A stretch of DNA of 57,439 nt from an uncultured Chitinophagaceae bacterium (GTDB lineage Bacteria; Bacteroidota; Ignavibacteria; UBA10030; UBA8401): the NCBI GenBank assembly GCA_964603685.1, contig CAZRWF010000010.1, positions 1 through 57,439 on the forward strand, read 5' to 3'. A program made the position numbers and the translations under genes. Shown here piece by piece: positions 41,233-51,600 of this stretch. Positions within the stretch are counted from its first letter, which is position 1. The number at the start of each line of letters is the position of its first letter. The notes under the pieces were generated by a model. It had not been told where the DNA came from, ran no database searches, and saw only the letters and a list, made by a program, of their open reading frames with translations.

Positions 41233-41352
41233 GGGTGATAACATCTCAAAAATGGGCGGAGTTCAAATGGCAAGATACGGAAAGAATGACGGAGAGGCAA
41301 AAAAATTGCTGCGTGGAGATTATCGAGATTCCCGCTCCGGATCTTTGAAGAT

Positions 41353-42267
41353 TTACCCGATCCGTTTCCGTTTGTTCAAATAATTCAGAAGCGCGACGTC
41401 GAACGGCACGGAAGTGTCTAATAAGAGGTAGTCGATCGAATTTTCGCGGCATTCGCGCTTATACCGTTCAATAAACTCCCGCATTGCGTGCTGATAGGCC
41501 TTTTGAACATGGTACGGTTGCGTCGTGATCATTTCCCCCGTTTCCACATCGCGGAACACGGCATCGCTGCCGAAAGCGAACGAACGTTCGAGCGGATCGA
41601 GCACGTGCATCACCAGCACTTCATGATGGGCATGCCGGAAATGTTTCAACGCCGCCATCACTGCGGCAGGGTCGTCGAACAAATCGCTGAGGACGATCAC
41701 CAGTCCGCGGCGTGTGATCCGCTCCGCTAAACGATGAAGCGCCGCGCCGGAGTTCGTTCCTTCGGCCGTCTTCAATTTTTCCAGTTCCACGAGAATCCGG
41801 CGCAGATGCTGTTTTGTGGCGTGCGGTGGAATGGAGGTCCGTATTTCCGTATCAAAGGTCGAAAGACCGACCGCGTCGCGTTGTTGAATCATCAAATACG
41901 ACAATGCGGCGGCGAGATATGAGGCATAGGTGATCTTCGATACCCGTCCGCCCGATGAGGGCGGAACATCGGACGCAAAACGCATCGACGCACTGGTGTC
42001 GATGACGATGTACGATTTGAGATTCGTTTCTTCCTCAAATTGTTTCACATAAAACCGGTCGGTCTTGCCGTACACGCGCCAATCGACCCGCCGGATCTCG
42101 TCGCCGGGCATATATTGCCGGTGTTCGGCGAACTCGACGCTGAATCCGTGATACGGACTTTTGTGCAAACCGGTGATAAATCCTTCCACCACCAGCCGTG
42201 CGCGCAGTTCCATGTTCGCTAAGGTGGAAACAACATCGGGTTGGAGATATGTCCGGGGATTTTCCAT
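41353..42267 (-). CDS. DUF58 domain protein (MoxR-associated, vWA-like)
   Basis: GLHKSPYHGFSVEFAEHRQYMPGDEIRRVDW, KQFEEETN, DTSASM, SDLFD. Confidence 0.92.
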   Translation of the reverse strand: MENPRTYLQPDVVSTLANMELRARLVVEGFITGLHKSPYHGFSVEFAEHRQYMPGDEIRRVDWRVYGKTDRFYVKQFEEETNLKSYIVIDTSASMRFASDVPPSSGGRVSKITYASYLAAALSYLMIQQRDAVGLSTFDTEIRTSIPPHATKQHLRRILVELEKLKTAEGTNSGAALHRLAERITRRGLVIVLSDLFDDPAAVMAALKHFRHAHHEVLVMHVLDPLERSFAFGSDAVFRDVETGEMITTQPYHVQKAYQHAMREFIERYKRECRENSIDYLLLDTSVPFDVALLNYLNKRKRIG

Positions 42268-42755
42268 TATTTTTTTACGATCGGACGTTGTTGGCCGGAG
42301 CGGAGTTCCAGCACTTCCTGCGGCGACATTCCGATCGTCTCCAATTCCAGTGTGACGGTCGGCGCCAGTTCATGGTCCGGGTATTTTTGCAGGAAAAATT
42401 CATAGTAGAACTTTGCACTGTCGTTCAACTGCAAATTATTCGCATACAAAAAGCCGACCAGGAAAGTTGAAACGGCCGCCGGCGGCATTGCCGGATACCG
42501 GTCGATGAAGATCTTATAGTTATCGAGCGCTTCGCGCGGCTGGTTTTTAAAGCGATAACTTTCGGCGACCGCAAACCGCGCCCATCCGCCGAACCGGCCG
42601 TCGGGATATTCGTCGAGGATTTTTTGCGCCACCTGCAAAGTGGAATCCCAATTGCTGCGGGACTTCGCCCCCTCCACTTTCAGCCACAACTCTTCGTCCG
42701 TGTAGGATGAACATCCGGCGGCGGTTATGACGATCAATAACAGAAGCAATCTCAT
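42267..42755 (-). CDS. TPR-repeat lipoprotein (BamD/CpoB-like)
   Basis: Lipobox AAGC; repeats ILDEYP, FIDRYP, FLQKYP with A...A/Y TPR pattern. Confidence 0.75.
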   Translation of the reverse strand: MRLLLLLIVITAAGCSSYTDEELWLKVEGAKSRSNWDSTLQVAQKILDEYPDGRFGGWARFAVAESYRFKNQPREALDNYKIFIDRYPAMPPAAVSTFLVGFLYANNLQLNDSAKFYYEFFLQKYPDHELAPTVTLELETIGMSPQEVLELRSGQQRPIVKK

Positions 42756-44044
42756 GAGTGTTCCTTTGTGGTTCGTTTAAACACGGCGGCAAAAAATCCG
42801 TCCGTGGAATGCCGGTGCGGCAACAGTTGAAAATACCGATCATTTCCCGCAAGGGAAAGCTGATACCGCTGAAGGATGGTCAACGGCGCCACCGTTTCAA
42901 ATTCCGGATGGTGCGACAAAAATCGCTCCACGACCCCTTCATTTTCCTCGCGAAACAACGAACAAGTGGCATACACCAGCCGGCCGCCCGGTTTTACGTA
43001 TGGTGCGTTCCGTTCGAGAATGGACAATTGTTTTTCGGTCAGTTCCGCGGTCATCGCCGGTGTCACGGTCCACTTCATGCCCGGATTCCGACGGATAGTG
43101 CCGGTGCCGGTGCACGGCGCATCGACCAAAACGGCATCGGCAACTCCGGTGAATTGTTCCAAAACCGTATCTTCTTTGATGACCGTTGTCCGCACGGTAT
43201 CCACGCCGTTTCGGCGAACCCGCTTTTGCAGTTCTTCCAAACGGACGGAGTGGACATCCCATGCGAAGATCTCTCCCCGGTTGTTCATGATCGACGCCAA
43301 CGCCAATGTTTTCCCTCCCGCTCCGGCACAGGCATCAATCACTTTGGATTTCGGTTTGGGGTCGACCAACAGAGCAAGAAGCTGGCTCCCTTCATCCTGC
43401 ACTTCAAAAAATCCATCCTGAAACGATTTCAGCTGAAATATGTTCATCCGTTTTTTCAGGTGGAGTGCGAAAGGAGAATATTCCCCCGGCAACGTTTCCA
43501 CTCCTTCGGCAGCAAGCCGTTGACGGCATTCCTCCCTGGTGGTTTTAAGGGTATTCACGCGGATGGTCAGCGGCGCCGGTGTGTTTAATGCGGCGCAAAG
43601 AGGATCGATCTGATCTTCGCCGAAATATTTTTTCCACTCGTCAATCATCCATTCCGGAAAAGAATATTTCAGCGCAACGGCGGCGGCCGGCGATTCGCCG
43701 TTCGGCTCCATCCGGACAGCCCGTTCGATCCGGTCCAGCACCTCTGCGGGAATCTGAAGTTCCCCGGCGAGCCGCTCCCGTTCGGTTGAACCGGTAAACA
43801 GGAGCGCGGCGGCACAACGATAAATATTTCCTTCCGTCTCTCCGGCCATCGTCAGGCTCCAATCGATCCGCGATCGATGGCGAAGCATTGCGTAGATCGT
43901 TTCGGAGATAAATCGCCGATCCTTGGAACCGAGATACTTCCGTTCACGAAAAAAGTGATCCATCAATCTGTCGGCGGGACGGCCGGAAGAAATGATGTCG
44001 GAGTACAGTTCCGTGACATGACCGACGAGGGATGATAATTTCAT
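42752..44044 (-). CDS. RsmB/NOP family m5C RNA methyltransferase
   Basis: EVQDEGSQL, DACAGAGGKT, DAPCTGTG, YATCS, TDGFF. Confidence 0.92.
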   Translation of the reverse strand: MKLSSLVGHVTELYSDIISSGRPADRLMDHFFRERKYLGSKDRRFISETIYAMLRHRSRIDWSLTMAGETEGNIYRCAAALLFTGSTERERLAGELQIPAEVLDRIERAVRMEPNGESPAAAVALKYSFPEWMIDEWKKYFGEDQIDPLCAALNTPAPLTIRVNTLKTTREECRQRLAAEGVETLPGEYSPFALHLKKRMNIFQLKSFQDGFFEVQDEGSQLLALLVDPKPKSKVIDACAGAGGKTLALASIMNNRGEIFAWDVHSVRLEELQKRVRRNGVDTVRTTVIKEDTVLEQFTGVADAVLVDAPCTGTGTIRRNPGMKWTVTPAMTAELTEKQLSILERNAPYVKPGGRLVYATCSLFREENEGVVERFLSHHPEFETVAPLTILQRYQLSLAGNDRYFQLLPHRHSTDGFFAAVFKRTTKEHS

Positions 44045-44088
44045 TGGGAATTCGATGGGCGAAGAAAAACGGTGTGTCCGTTGGATGG

Positions 44089-44117
44089 AATTTACTCAAT
44101 TAACCGGAGGTACGCAA
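44089..44117 (-). promoter_or_regulatory. Putative sigma70 promoter for the rsmB-like operon
   Basis: Minus strand TTGCGT-N17-TAAATT. Confidence 0.45.
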
Positions 44118-44164
44118 AAGAAGAACGTCGGCTGATTCACGAAGATTCTGCGAAATACGAACGA

Positions 44165-44884
44165 TCACTCGAACAAATATTTGACGCCGGCAGTAAATTG
44201 AAAGGATTGAATGCCGCTTACATTTTCCAGGTCCAGTTTAAGCGTCGGCCACAGTTCGCCGAGGATGATCTGATATTTTATCCCGACGGAGAGGAGCACC
44301 GGAGAGAACAGTGTTAACTCCGCATCTACGCCGAGATCGAGTCCGCCGCTCCAATCCCGCTGTGAAAGTGCGGGAACCTGAATATATTCGATCAATTTGA
44401 ATTTTTGCGATGTGGTTCCGGTATCAACCTTTACGGAATCGAAATACGCAGCCCGGGTAAAATTCCATTGATAAATCCCGAATCCCACTGTGGCGTTGAG
44501 ATCCGCAACGGCGGTCGACACCATGTTGTAGTTCGCCGTAACCCCGAGGGCGAAATATTCCATCTTCATATCGAACGATCGCAGCGGGAAGGTCAGGTCC
44601 CGCACTGTTCCATTCAGCGTGTCTTTCCGTTTAATGAAGAGTGCGTCCGTATTCTCCTTATCAAACACCGCATATTCCGCGAATCCGCCCCAGCGCGGAT
44701 TGTTATAACCGGCTTCGCGGCCGGAGAGGGCATAACCGAACGACGGCATCATCCGCCGTTCGAATGTTCCGGAGGGATGAATCGACATGAATTGACCGGA
44801 AAGAATTACGCTGCTGCTTTGCGACCATGTTACGGCCGGCAGGGCGGCCAAAACTGCGAACACTATGGATAATGTTGTTTTCAT
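44165..44884 (-). CDS. Outer-membrane beta-barrel protein (OmpA/OmpW-like, 8-stranded type)
   Basis: Signal peptide ...AVTWSQ; amphipathic strands; terminal VKYLFE; TGATG-coupled. Confidence 0.7.
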   Translation of the reverse strand: MKTTLSIVFAVLAALPAVTWSQSSSVILSGQFMSIHPSGTFERRMMPSFGYALSGREAGYNNPRWGGFAEYAVFDKENTDALFIKRKDTLNGTVRDLTFPLRSFDMKMEYFALGVTANYNMVSTAVADLNATVGFGIYQWNFTRAAYFDSVKVDTGTTSQKFKLIEYIQVPALSQRDWSGGLDLGVDAELTLFSPVLLSVGIKYQIILGELWPTLKLDLENVSGIQSFQFTAGVKYLFE

Positions 44885-45609
44885 CAATATCGGAAACTGA
44901 TCCCTCCGCCAATTGTTGCCGTTCCATTGAACGGATATTGATCGTATCCCCACTCTCCCGGCGTCGAGATCGTGAGACCGTACCGCACCGTGCCGTTAAG
45001 GTGGATAATCCTGGATACTCTCCAGACTGCGCCGACCGCAAGATGGGCCGTCACCGGATGTCCTGTTTTGGACGGGGCAAAATTGTGGAAGGTATATTCG
45101 AAGCGATGATTATCCGACGGAAATTTTTTAATCCAGCGTTCTTCATGATGAAGTTTCCGCGTGTAGAAAGAAACTCCCCCGCCAAGCGACGTGCGGAGAA
45201 ATAATTCTTCCGTCAACGGAAGATCGAGGATTGCGGAGAGTGTTACCGGCAGCACTTCCATCGATTGTACGGCGGTGACGCTGCCGGCATACGTCGCCGT
45301 GTCGCTGAGATAAATATTCACCCAGTTCCGGTACCGCCGATTCCAAATCTCCCATCCCCATTTGTTCGTTTCATCATCCTGATCGATCGCATATTGTTGA
45401 TATCCGAATCCGACGCTCCAGCGCAGATTGTCCGAAATCGCATATACCAATTCCGTCCCTCCGCCGATTCCCTGCGCATCGGTCACTCCGAATCGTTTTC
45501 CTATCGGCAGGCTGTAACCGGCTTGGGCGTTGATCTCCAGCAACTGAGCGGACGATCCGGATACCGCGAAAAGCAACATTGCAAAAATCACATATCGTTT
45601 GGCGATCAT
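44884..45609 (-). CDS. Outer-membrane beta-barrel protein (OmpA/OmpW-like)
   Basis: Signal peptide ...SGSSAQ; GYSLPIG, PVTLSA, LGGGVSFY; terminal ISFRY. Confidence 0.7.
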   Translation of the reverse strand: MIAKRYVIFAMLLFAVSGSSAQLLEINAQAGYSLPIGKRFGVTDAQGIGGGTELVYAISDNLRWSVGFGYQQYAIDQDDETNKWGWEIWNRRYRNWVNIYLSDTATYAGSVTAVQSMEVLPVTLSAILDLPLTEELFLRTSLGGGVSFYTRKLHHEERWIKKFPSDNHRFEYTFHNFAPSKTGHPVTAHLAVGAVWRVSRIIHLNGTVRYGLTISTPGEWGYDQYPFNGTATIGGGISFRY

Positions 45610-45610
45610 T

Positions 45611-46543
45611 TCACAGTCCTCCCGATACGCTGAAGCGGACGATCGTGCCCAGGCGTCCGTACGAAGAGAGAGAAAAATCGACTTCAACGGGAACAACAGC
45701 GCCGCCGTTGATCCCTATTCCTGCGTTGAATGATTCTTCATCGTAGAAAAATTTATACCCGCCGCGCAGCGATACCATCTTCATCCATCCGATCTCCGCG
45801 CCCACATTCACCCGCTCCGGCGCATCACTCGGATGCAGCGCCTCCCCCATCACGGTGATCCGCAGATCGGAATCCATCGTCCCCACCACTTCGGATGCGA
45901 CGCCGATGCGCAGCATCGTGGGCATGTGGAACGGATCGTTGATAAACTTTGCATCAGTTCCGAAATTGGACATGCTGGCGCCGAGACGGAGCGATTCGAA
46001 GCCGGTATAATAGATGATGCCGCCGTCGAACAAGATGTTCGATGCGCCGTATTCATGGATCTTTTCGTTCACATATTTCAGCCCGACGCCGAACGAAAAC
46101 CGGTCCGTTAATGCGGTGGAGTACGTAATTCCCATCGCCGTAGCATTGGCGGTAAAAGTTCCGGCAGCAAGAAACGATCGCGAGCCCGAAATTTTGTAGG
46201 TCAACGGAAACGTTCCGTAATCCAACATTACGGCATGGAAACCGAAATTTCCCGCTGCCGTCGCCACCGCATAAGCGGCGCCGTAATGTTTCGTCTCCGC
46301 AAACCAATCAGCGTAGGAGACCGTATAGGAATGCGCCGCCGTCATAAACCCGATCGATGCGGGATTCAGGAATAGACCTGCCGCTCCCATATCGGAGAGA
46401 GCAACGGTAGCTTCACTGAGAGCCGCCGTCCGCGCCGAAACAGGAATCTCCAAAAAAACGAATCCGGAGGTCGCCGTTTTCCGGAATTCCTGTCCGGCGG
46501 CGATCGTCACCAAGAGTGCAATATGGAGGAGTATTCGGTTCAT
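45611..46543 (-). CDS. PorV/PorQ (UPF0164)-like outer-membrane barrel
   Basis: ATSGFVFLEIPVSARTAALSEA, FLNPASI, GVGLKYV, NFGT, LRGGY. Confidence 0.82.
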   Translation of the reverse strand: MNRILLHIALLVTIAAGQEFRKTATSGFVFLEIPVSARTAALSEATVALSDMGAAGLFLNPASIGFMTAAHSYTVSYADWFAETKHYGAAYAVATAAGNFGFHAVMLDYGTFPLTYKISGSRSFLAAGTFTANATAMGITYSTALTDRFSFGVGLKYVNEKIHEYGASNILFDGGIIYYTGFESLRLGASMSNFGTDAKFINDPFHMPTMLRIGVASEVVGTMDSDLRITVMGEALHPSDAPERVNVGAEIGWMKMVSLRGGYKFFYDEESFNAGIGINGGAVVPVEVDFSLSSYGRLGTIVRFSVSGGL

Positions 46544-48612
46544 CGGATGATGGCGAATTTGCCGATCTTTTTTCCGGACGGGGCATCAACATGAAAGATA
46601 TAGACACCGCTCTCCGCAAACTGTCCGAAGTCGGTCTGTTGATTCCAGCCGACGATCCCTCCGAAGGAAGAAGAAACGTCGATCGTTTTCACCAAATCGC
46701 CCCGCACCGTATAAATCCGAATGGTGCACGGATTCGGGACATTCGTAAACAGAATCTCATCGTTGGCGCCGACTTGGGAAGATCCTTTCGAAATCACGAA
46801 GGGATTGGGAACGACAAGAATATCGTTCACGGCGGCTGCCGGCGGGATAGTCATTTTGAACGGACGGACCATCCGGTTGGCATAGATCGACGATTCGAGC
46901 GGCGGAACACGTTTCGACGGAGTTCCACCGGGAGTAAAGGTAATGTTGATCGTTGAACCGTTCACCACCCAGGCCGCTTTTCCCGTATCGTACGCCGTCA
47001 CGGCATAATAATAGTTCGTGCCGATGTCCCCCGTTGAATCGATGAAGGAATATTTTTGCGTCGTCGCGTTGTAATACGACGGATGACCTTTGACGACGGT
47101 GCCGACCAGCTGCCACGGTCCGGTCGGGAGATGGAACGACCGGTACACGCGGTATCCGGCAAGATCGAGCGTATTGTCGTCGGGATCGGGAATACTTTCG
47201 GATTCTGTTCCCCACGACAGCACCGTAGCGGCGAATTTTTCACGGATCCTCAGGAATTCCGTCGTGAACGCCGGCGGCACCGGTGGATCGGGGTGATTGA
47301 GATTGTAGTTCCAGGTGAGTTGGGCATTGTTGCTGGATTGGAAATATTTTTGATAACTTGCGTTCGCAAAACTCGGCCGCGATCCGAACCACAACGAATC
47401 CTCCACGCCGTCCACGATCTCTGCAAAACCGATCCGGATCGAATCGCCCGGCGCCAGCGTCCAGGGCCCGAGCTGCATCATGGACCACATGCGCGTCCTT
47501 CCCGGATAGGTGACGTCGGAATAATTTCCGACAAAGGCATTGGCGTTGGCGATGTCGGAGAGGAAATTGTACCGCGCTTCCAACGAACCGATATTCGTCA
47601 CCGGTCCGCTGAGATCGACCGAGTTGCTCCCACCCGACCAGCCGAAACGCGAAACAAAACTCGGTTCGCCGAACTGCGACTCCGGCGAAGCATACAGCAG
47701 TTTGATCCCCACGTAGGCCGGGGAGAGATATTCACCGACCGGATTTCCGTTCACGCGGTACCCCTGCGTGGAAACGTACCCCAGCGGCTGGTCCTCCGAT
47801 GATTCCTTGTAATCTCTTCCGTATCCGAAGATCATCCGTTGATTGGAATCGCTGCCGAAGAACCAATTGCGCGCACCGGCCGTCAGTTGCGGGAACATCA
47901 CCGACCAGGCGCGGGAGTTGCTGTGCAGCGCGTAATTGAAGACAATCCGCAATCCGAACAGCGTGTCGACGGTGTGGGAATTGACCGGAACGATCTCGTT
48001 CGAAATATTTTTAATGACATAGTCGTAGATGAGATAATTTTCGTCGCGGCGCGAACCGTTCCATTGATGGACGGAACGTGTGACCCGGACGGGAAGCACC
48101 GGAAACAGTTCATCCGGATCGACCTGTGAAATGAATCCCGGATTGTATTCCCATTGGCTTTCGATCACCTCTTCCCCTTCGCGCTGCGACCGCTGCATGC
48201 CCCAGTTCTCCCCGCGGGGATATTTGTGCCGGTGTTTCTTCAGTGAATATTTTGCATTCAGTTCGGCGGAGATCGTCGAACCATAAAGCGACCAATCCTC
48301 CACGGCGATGATGGTGTCACCCTGCTTTTTGGCGCCGATAAAAAATCCTCCGGTAACGAGATGCGATGCCGGGCCGCCGATATCTTCGCTGATCCATGCC
48401 GCATCAAAACCGGGCCAGTCCAACCCGATGCCGCGCCTTCCCCAGTTGGCGAAGTTCGGTCCGCTTTTTCCGTTAAATACGCTGTGCCAGAGCATTCCCC
48501 GCGTAAAACTGAGCGACGGAGAGGAGACAAGCGTATCGGTCTGCCCCGACAACGGCAAAAACGATACGATACACGCGGCAACCATCATTTTTGTAAAAAT
48601 CCGCACGGTCAT
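46540..48612 (-). CDS. Secreted 690-aa protein of unknown function with Fn3-like module and FlgD-Ig/T9SS-like C-terminal domain
   Basis: Signal peptide; Fn3-like VLSWG...DLAGYRVYRS...YAVTAYD; CTD ILVVPNPF...CTIRIYTVRGDLVKTI...SGVYIFHV...GKFAIIR; TAATG-coupled to the TBDR. Confidence 0.75.
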   Translation of the reverse strand: MTVRIFTKMMVAACIVSFLPLSGQTDTLVSSPSLSFTRGMLWHSVFNGKSGPNFANWGRRGIGLDWPGFDAAWISEDIGGPASHLVTGGFFIGAKKQGDTIIAVEDWSLYGSTISAELNAKYSLKKHRHKYPRGENWGMQRSQREGEEVIESQWEYNPGFISQVDPDELFPVLPVRVTRSVHQWNGSRRDENYLIYDYVIKNISNEIVPVNSHTVDTLFGLRIVFNYALHSNSRAWSVMFPQLTAGARNWFFGSDSNQRMIFGYGRDYKESSEDQPLGYVSTQGYRVNGNPVGEYLSPAYVGIKLLYASPESQFGEPSFVSRFGWSGGSNSVDLSGPVTNIGSLEARYNFLSDIANANAFVGNYSDVTYPGRTRMWSMMQLGPWTLAPGDSIRIGFAEIVDGVEDSLWFGSRPSFANASYQKYFQSSNNAQLTWNYNLNHPDPPVPPAFTTEFLRIREKFAATVLSWGTESESIPDPDDNTLDLAGYRVYRSFHLPTGPWQLVGTVVKGHPSYYNATTQKYSFIDSTGDIGTNYYYAVTAYDTGKAAWVVNGSTINITFTPGGTPSKRVPPLESSIYANRMVRPFKMTIPPAAAVNDILVVPNPFVISKGSSQVGANDEILFTNVPNPCTIRIYTVRGDLVKTIDVSSSFGGIVGWNQQTDFGQFAESGVYIFHVDAPSGKKIGKFAIIR

Positions 48613-51600
48613 TAGAATCCCAATCCGATCGTCAAGAAGATTTGCCGGGGAATGTTCCGGAACGCCCGGTACGGCGCGACGCGATAGCTGATCCTGTTCG
48701 GATCGAGGCCGGGATCTTCCATCGTAATCCCCCGCTCGATCCAATCGGCAACGTCATTCCGGATGTCCATCGGCGTCAAAAGTTTGTTGTTGAACAGGTT
48801 CATCACCCGGAGCCCGAGAAGAAAAGAAAATCCTTCCAGCGAAATACTTTTTTGCGCGCTGAAATCGAACAACGTCTCCAGCGGATACCGGCGGTTGTTC
48901 ACCACATCCTTCAGATCGAACGACGTCACATAAGTGAGCGGTGCGCCGGATTGCAGCGAATAGGTAAGGCCGACATTCATGTTTTCGAACGGATACAGCC
49001 CCAGGATCTCCGCCCCTTCTTCGTTCGACAATGAATAACTGATCAGCGCACGGAGGTTATGCGTTCGATCGGAATAAGAAAGATAATCGCCGATATAATC
49101 GCGCGAGACAAGATTGGTATTGGCGGGATAGATCGTCTGGTCGCCGTAATTTCCTTCGGTGGATTGGGAGAGATTGTAGCTCAGTCGGTATCCCCATCGG
49201 CTGATCCCGATTTTTTCGAAGGTCACTTCCAATCCGGTCGTCGCCCCGTACGCATTGTTCGCATACGTCGTATAATAATACAGATCGGTAAGATCGTTCG
49301 TTTTTCCGGCCGGGCGGTTGATGCTGCCCGAATACGCCGCCACTGTCTGCAGTCCCACCTGACTTACACGATCGTTGTAATACAACGCCACATCCAATCG
49401 ATGTGTTTCCCGGATCACTTGCTGCACGCCGAATTCATAATTGATCGTCTTTTTCGGACGCAAGTTCGGATTTCCGCGGCCTGTCCAGCCGTTTTCCGTT
49501 CGCTGCGACAGCGCCTGACTGAAGATCGGCATCGATGAAAAATGACCGTATTGAATCCGGAAGGCAGTGTTCTCTCCCACCGGGAACGACAATCCCAACC
49601 GCGGCAGAACGGTGTATTGCAGTTCGGATGTTTTGGTCAACGGATTTCCACGGATACCGGAGCCCGATTCGCCCTGATAGTATGGATTAAAAAGATCGAC
49701 GGGAGTCTGCACCTGAAAATTGTACGTTTCCAACCGCACACCGAGATTGGCAACCATGCCCGAATACTCCATCTTATCCTGAATATAGAGTGAGGCAGTG
49801 AACGGATATGCGCGGTAATGCTCCGCAAATCCGGTCCGCGAAACGTAGGCATTCGCGAGAAAATTGGAATTGACGCCGGTATTGGTCATGTCCCAATAAT
49901 AAAAACGGGCGCCGGCTTTGAAGAGATTCGTCGGCAACAATTGATTCGTGTAGTCGACGCTGATGTTGGTGTGGTCGGTCCGGTTATCCTGAAAATAATT
50001 CGTGCTGAAGTTGAACGGCGCCCGGAAATAATCCTTCTCCCACCATTGACCGTCCCGCAGCACCACTCCGCCGTCCCGGTCGTAGAGACTGTCCAGCCGG
50101 TCGGCGGACTGTTCGTACCCGTACAAAAATTCGTACGGGAGTTCATATTTTTCGTATTGATGCGAAACGGTCGCTTCGAGGAATGATTGCGGATTGACGG
50201 TGTAGACCCAATTGATGCTTTGCGTCGTGGTCTGTTCCGTCCGGACCGGGTCGACGGTGACGTAATATTTGGTGGAGGTTCCGGGCGGCGAGAATGCGAT
50301 CCCCGACCATCGGATATCGTCCGAACCGGACCAGATGCCGCCGCGGTACCGCTGGTACATCCCCATCAGTTTGATCTTGTGATTGGCAGCGGGAAGATAC
50401 GTGACGCTCAGAATGTAATTGTGGAAGACCTGATTTTTTTCCGGTGTCGGAAGCCGTGTCGGATTTTTCCGGTATTCGCCGGATAGATAAAATTTCAACA
50501 GCTCGGGATCGGCGCCGAGCGGTCCGCCGAATCCGAAGAGGATTCTGTTGTACGCGTATTGCCGATAGTCGTATACGCCGAACGGATTGTCATCCGCCGG
50601 CGTATGATTTTTTAACCACACACCGTGCGCCCATTCCAGTTCCCGGCGGACGATGGAATAATAGGCCGCGGAATCGGCGGAGGAGTTGTTCCGCCGGTCG
50701 AAAAGATATTTATACCGGTTCTGCGAATCCAATCCGAGTTCGGTCGCCAACGCGTCGCGGCGTTCCCACCATTTGTCGAACGTTCCCCACTTTTGCCACT
50801 CATAATTCGACCGATCGTACAAATATTTGTTGAAATGATATTGGCCGGGAGGACGATATTCCAGACGGACCTCTCCGGAAAATTTCGGCGTTCCGTCCTT
50901 CGTCACCACTTTGACGACACCCGCCTGGGCGTTTCCGTATTCCGCCGCGAAGCCGCCGGAGATAAGCTGCATTTGCTGCACTGCAATCGGGTTGACGTCA
51001 TACTTCCAGGAATTGTTCGCTTTGTCGCTCCCGAACGATCCGGGTGAACTGGTGGAAACGTTCACCTGATCAACGCCGTTGATCTGAAAATTCACTTCAT
51101 AGGAACCGGATCCCCGAACGCTGTAATTTCCGGTGGCGGTCTTCTGGAAACTGGCAGAGAGGTCCAACGCACCGCGGGTCCCTTCCACCGGCGCCGTCCG
51201 GATCTGCGTTGCGTCGATGGTCTGCGCCGTGGATGTTTGATCGCGAACGATCTTCGGCTTTTGGGCCACCACGACCACTTCGGTGAATTCCACCGTCGAT
51301 TCCTTCAGCAAAAAATCGAGATTCGTCGTCCGATCAATAAAGATGTCCACGCCGGTTTGCGTCGAACGGGCATACCCCAGCAGTGTGGCGGTGACGGAAT
51401 AATTCCCGGGGGGAATGTTTAAGATGAAATAATTCCCGTCGATGTCGGATATGCCTCCCAGTTTTGTCCCTTCCACGATGATATTCACGCCGGGTAGCGG
51501 ATCACCGGAGCGTTCATCGGTGATGGTGCCGGAAATTTTTCCTTTTTGTGACTGGGAAAAAAGTACACCGGCACACACAACGATCGGAAGGGTCAGAAAA

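Noticed and set aside
41353-44044. DUF58 + TPR lipoprotein + RsmB-like as a MoxR/Bat-type system
   Set aside because: No MoxR AAA ATPase or vWA/BatA genes are adjacent; this looks like ordinary operon shuffling.
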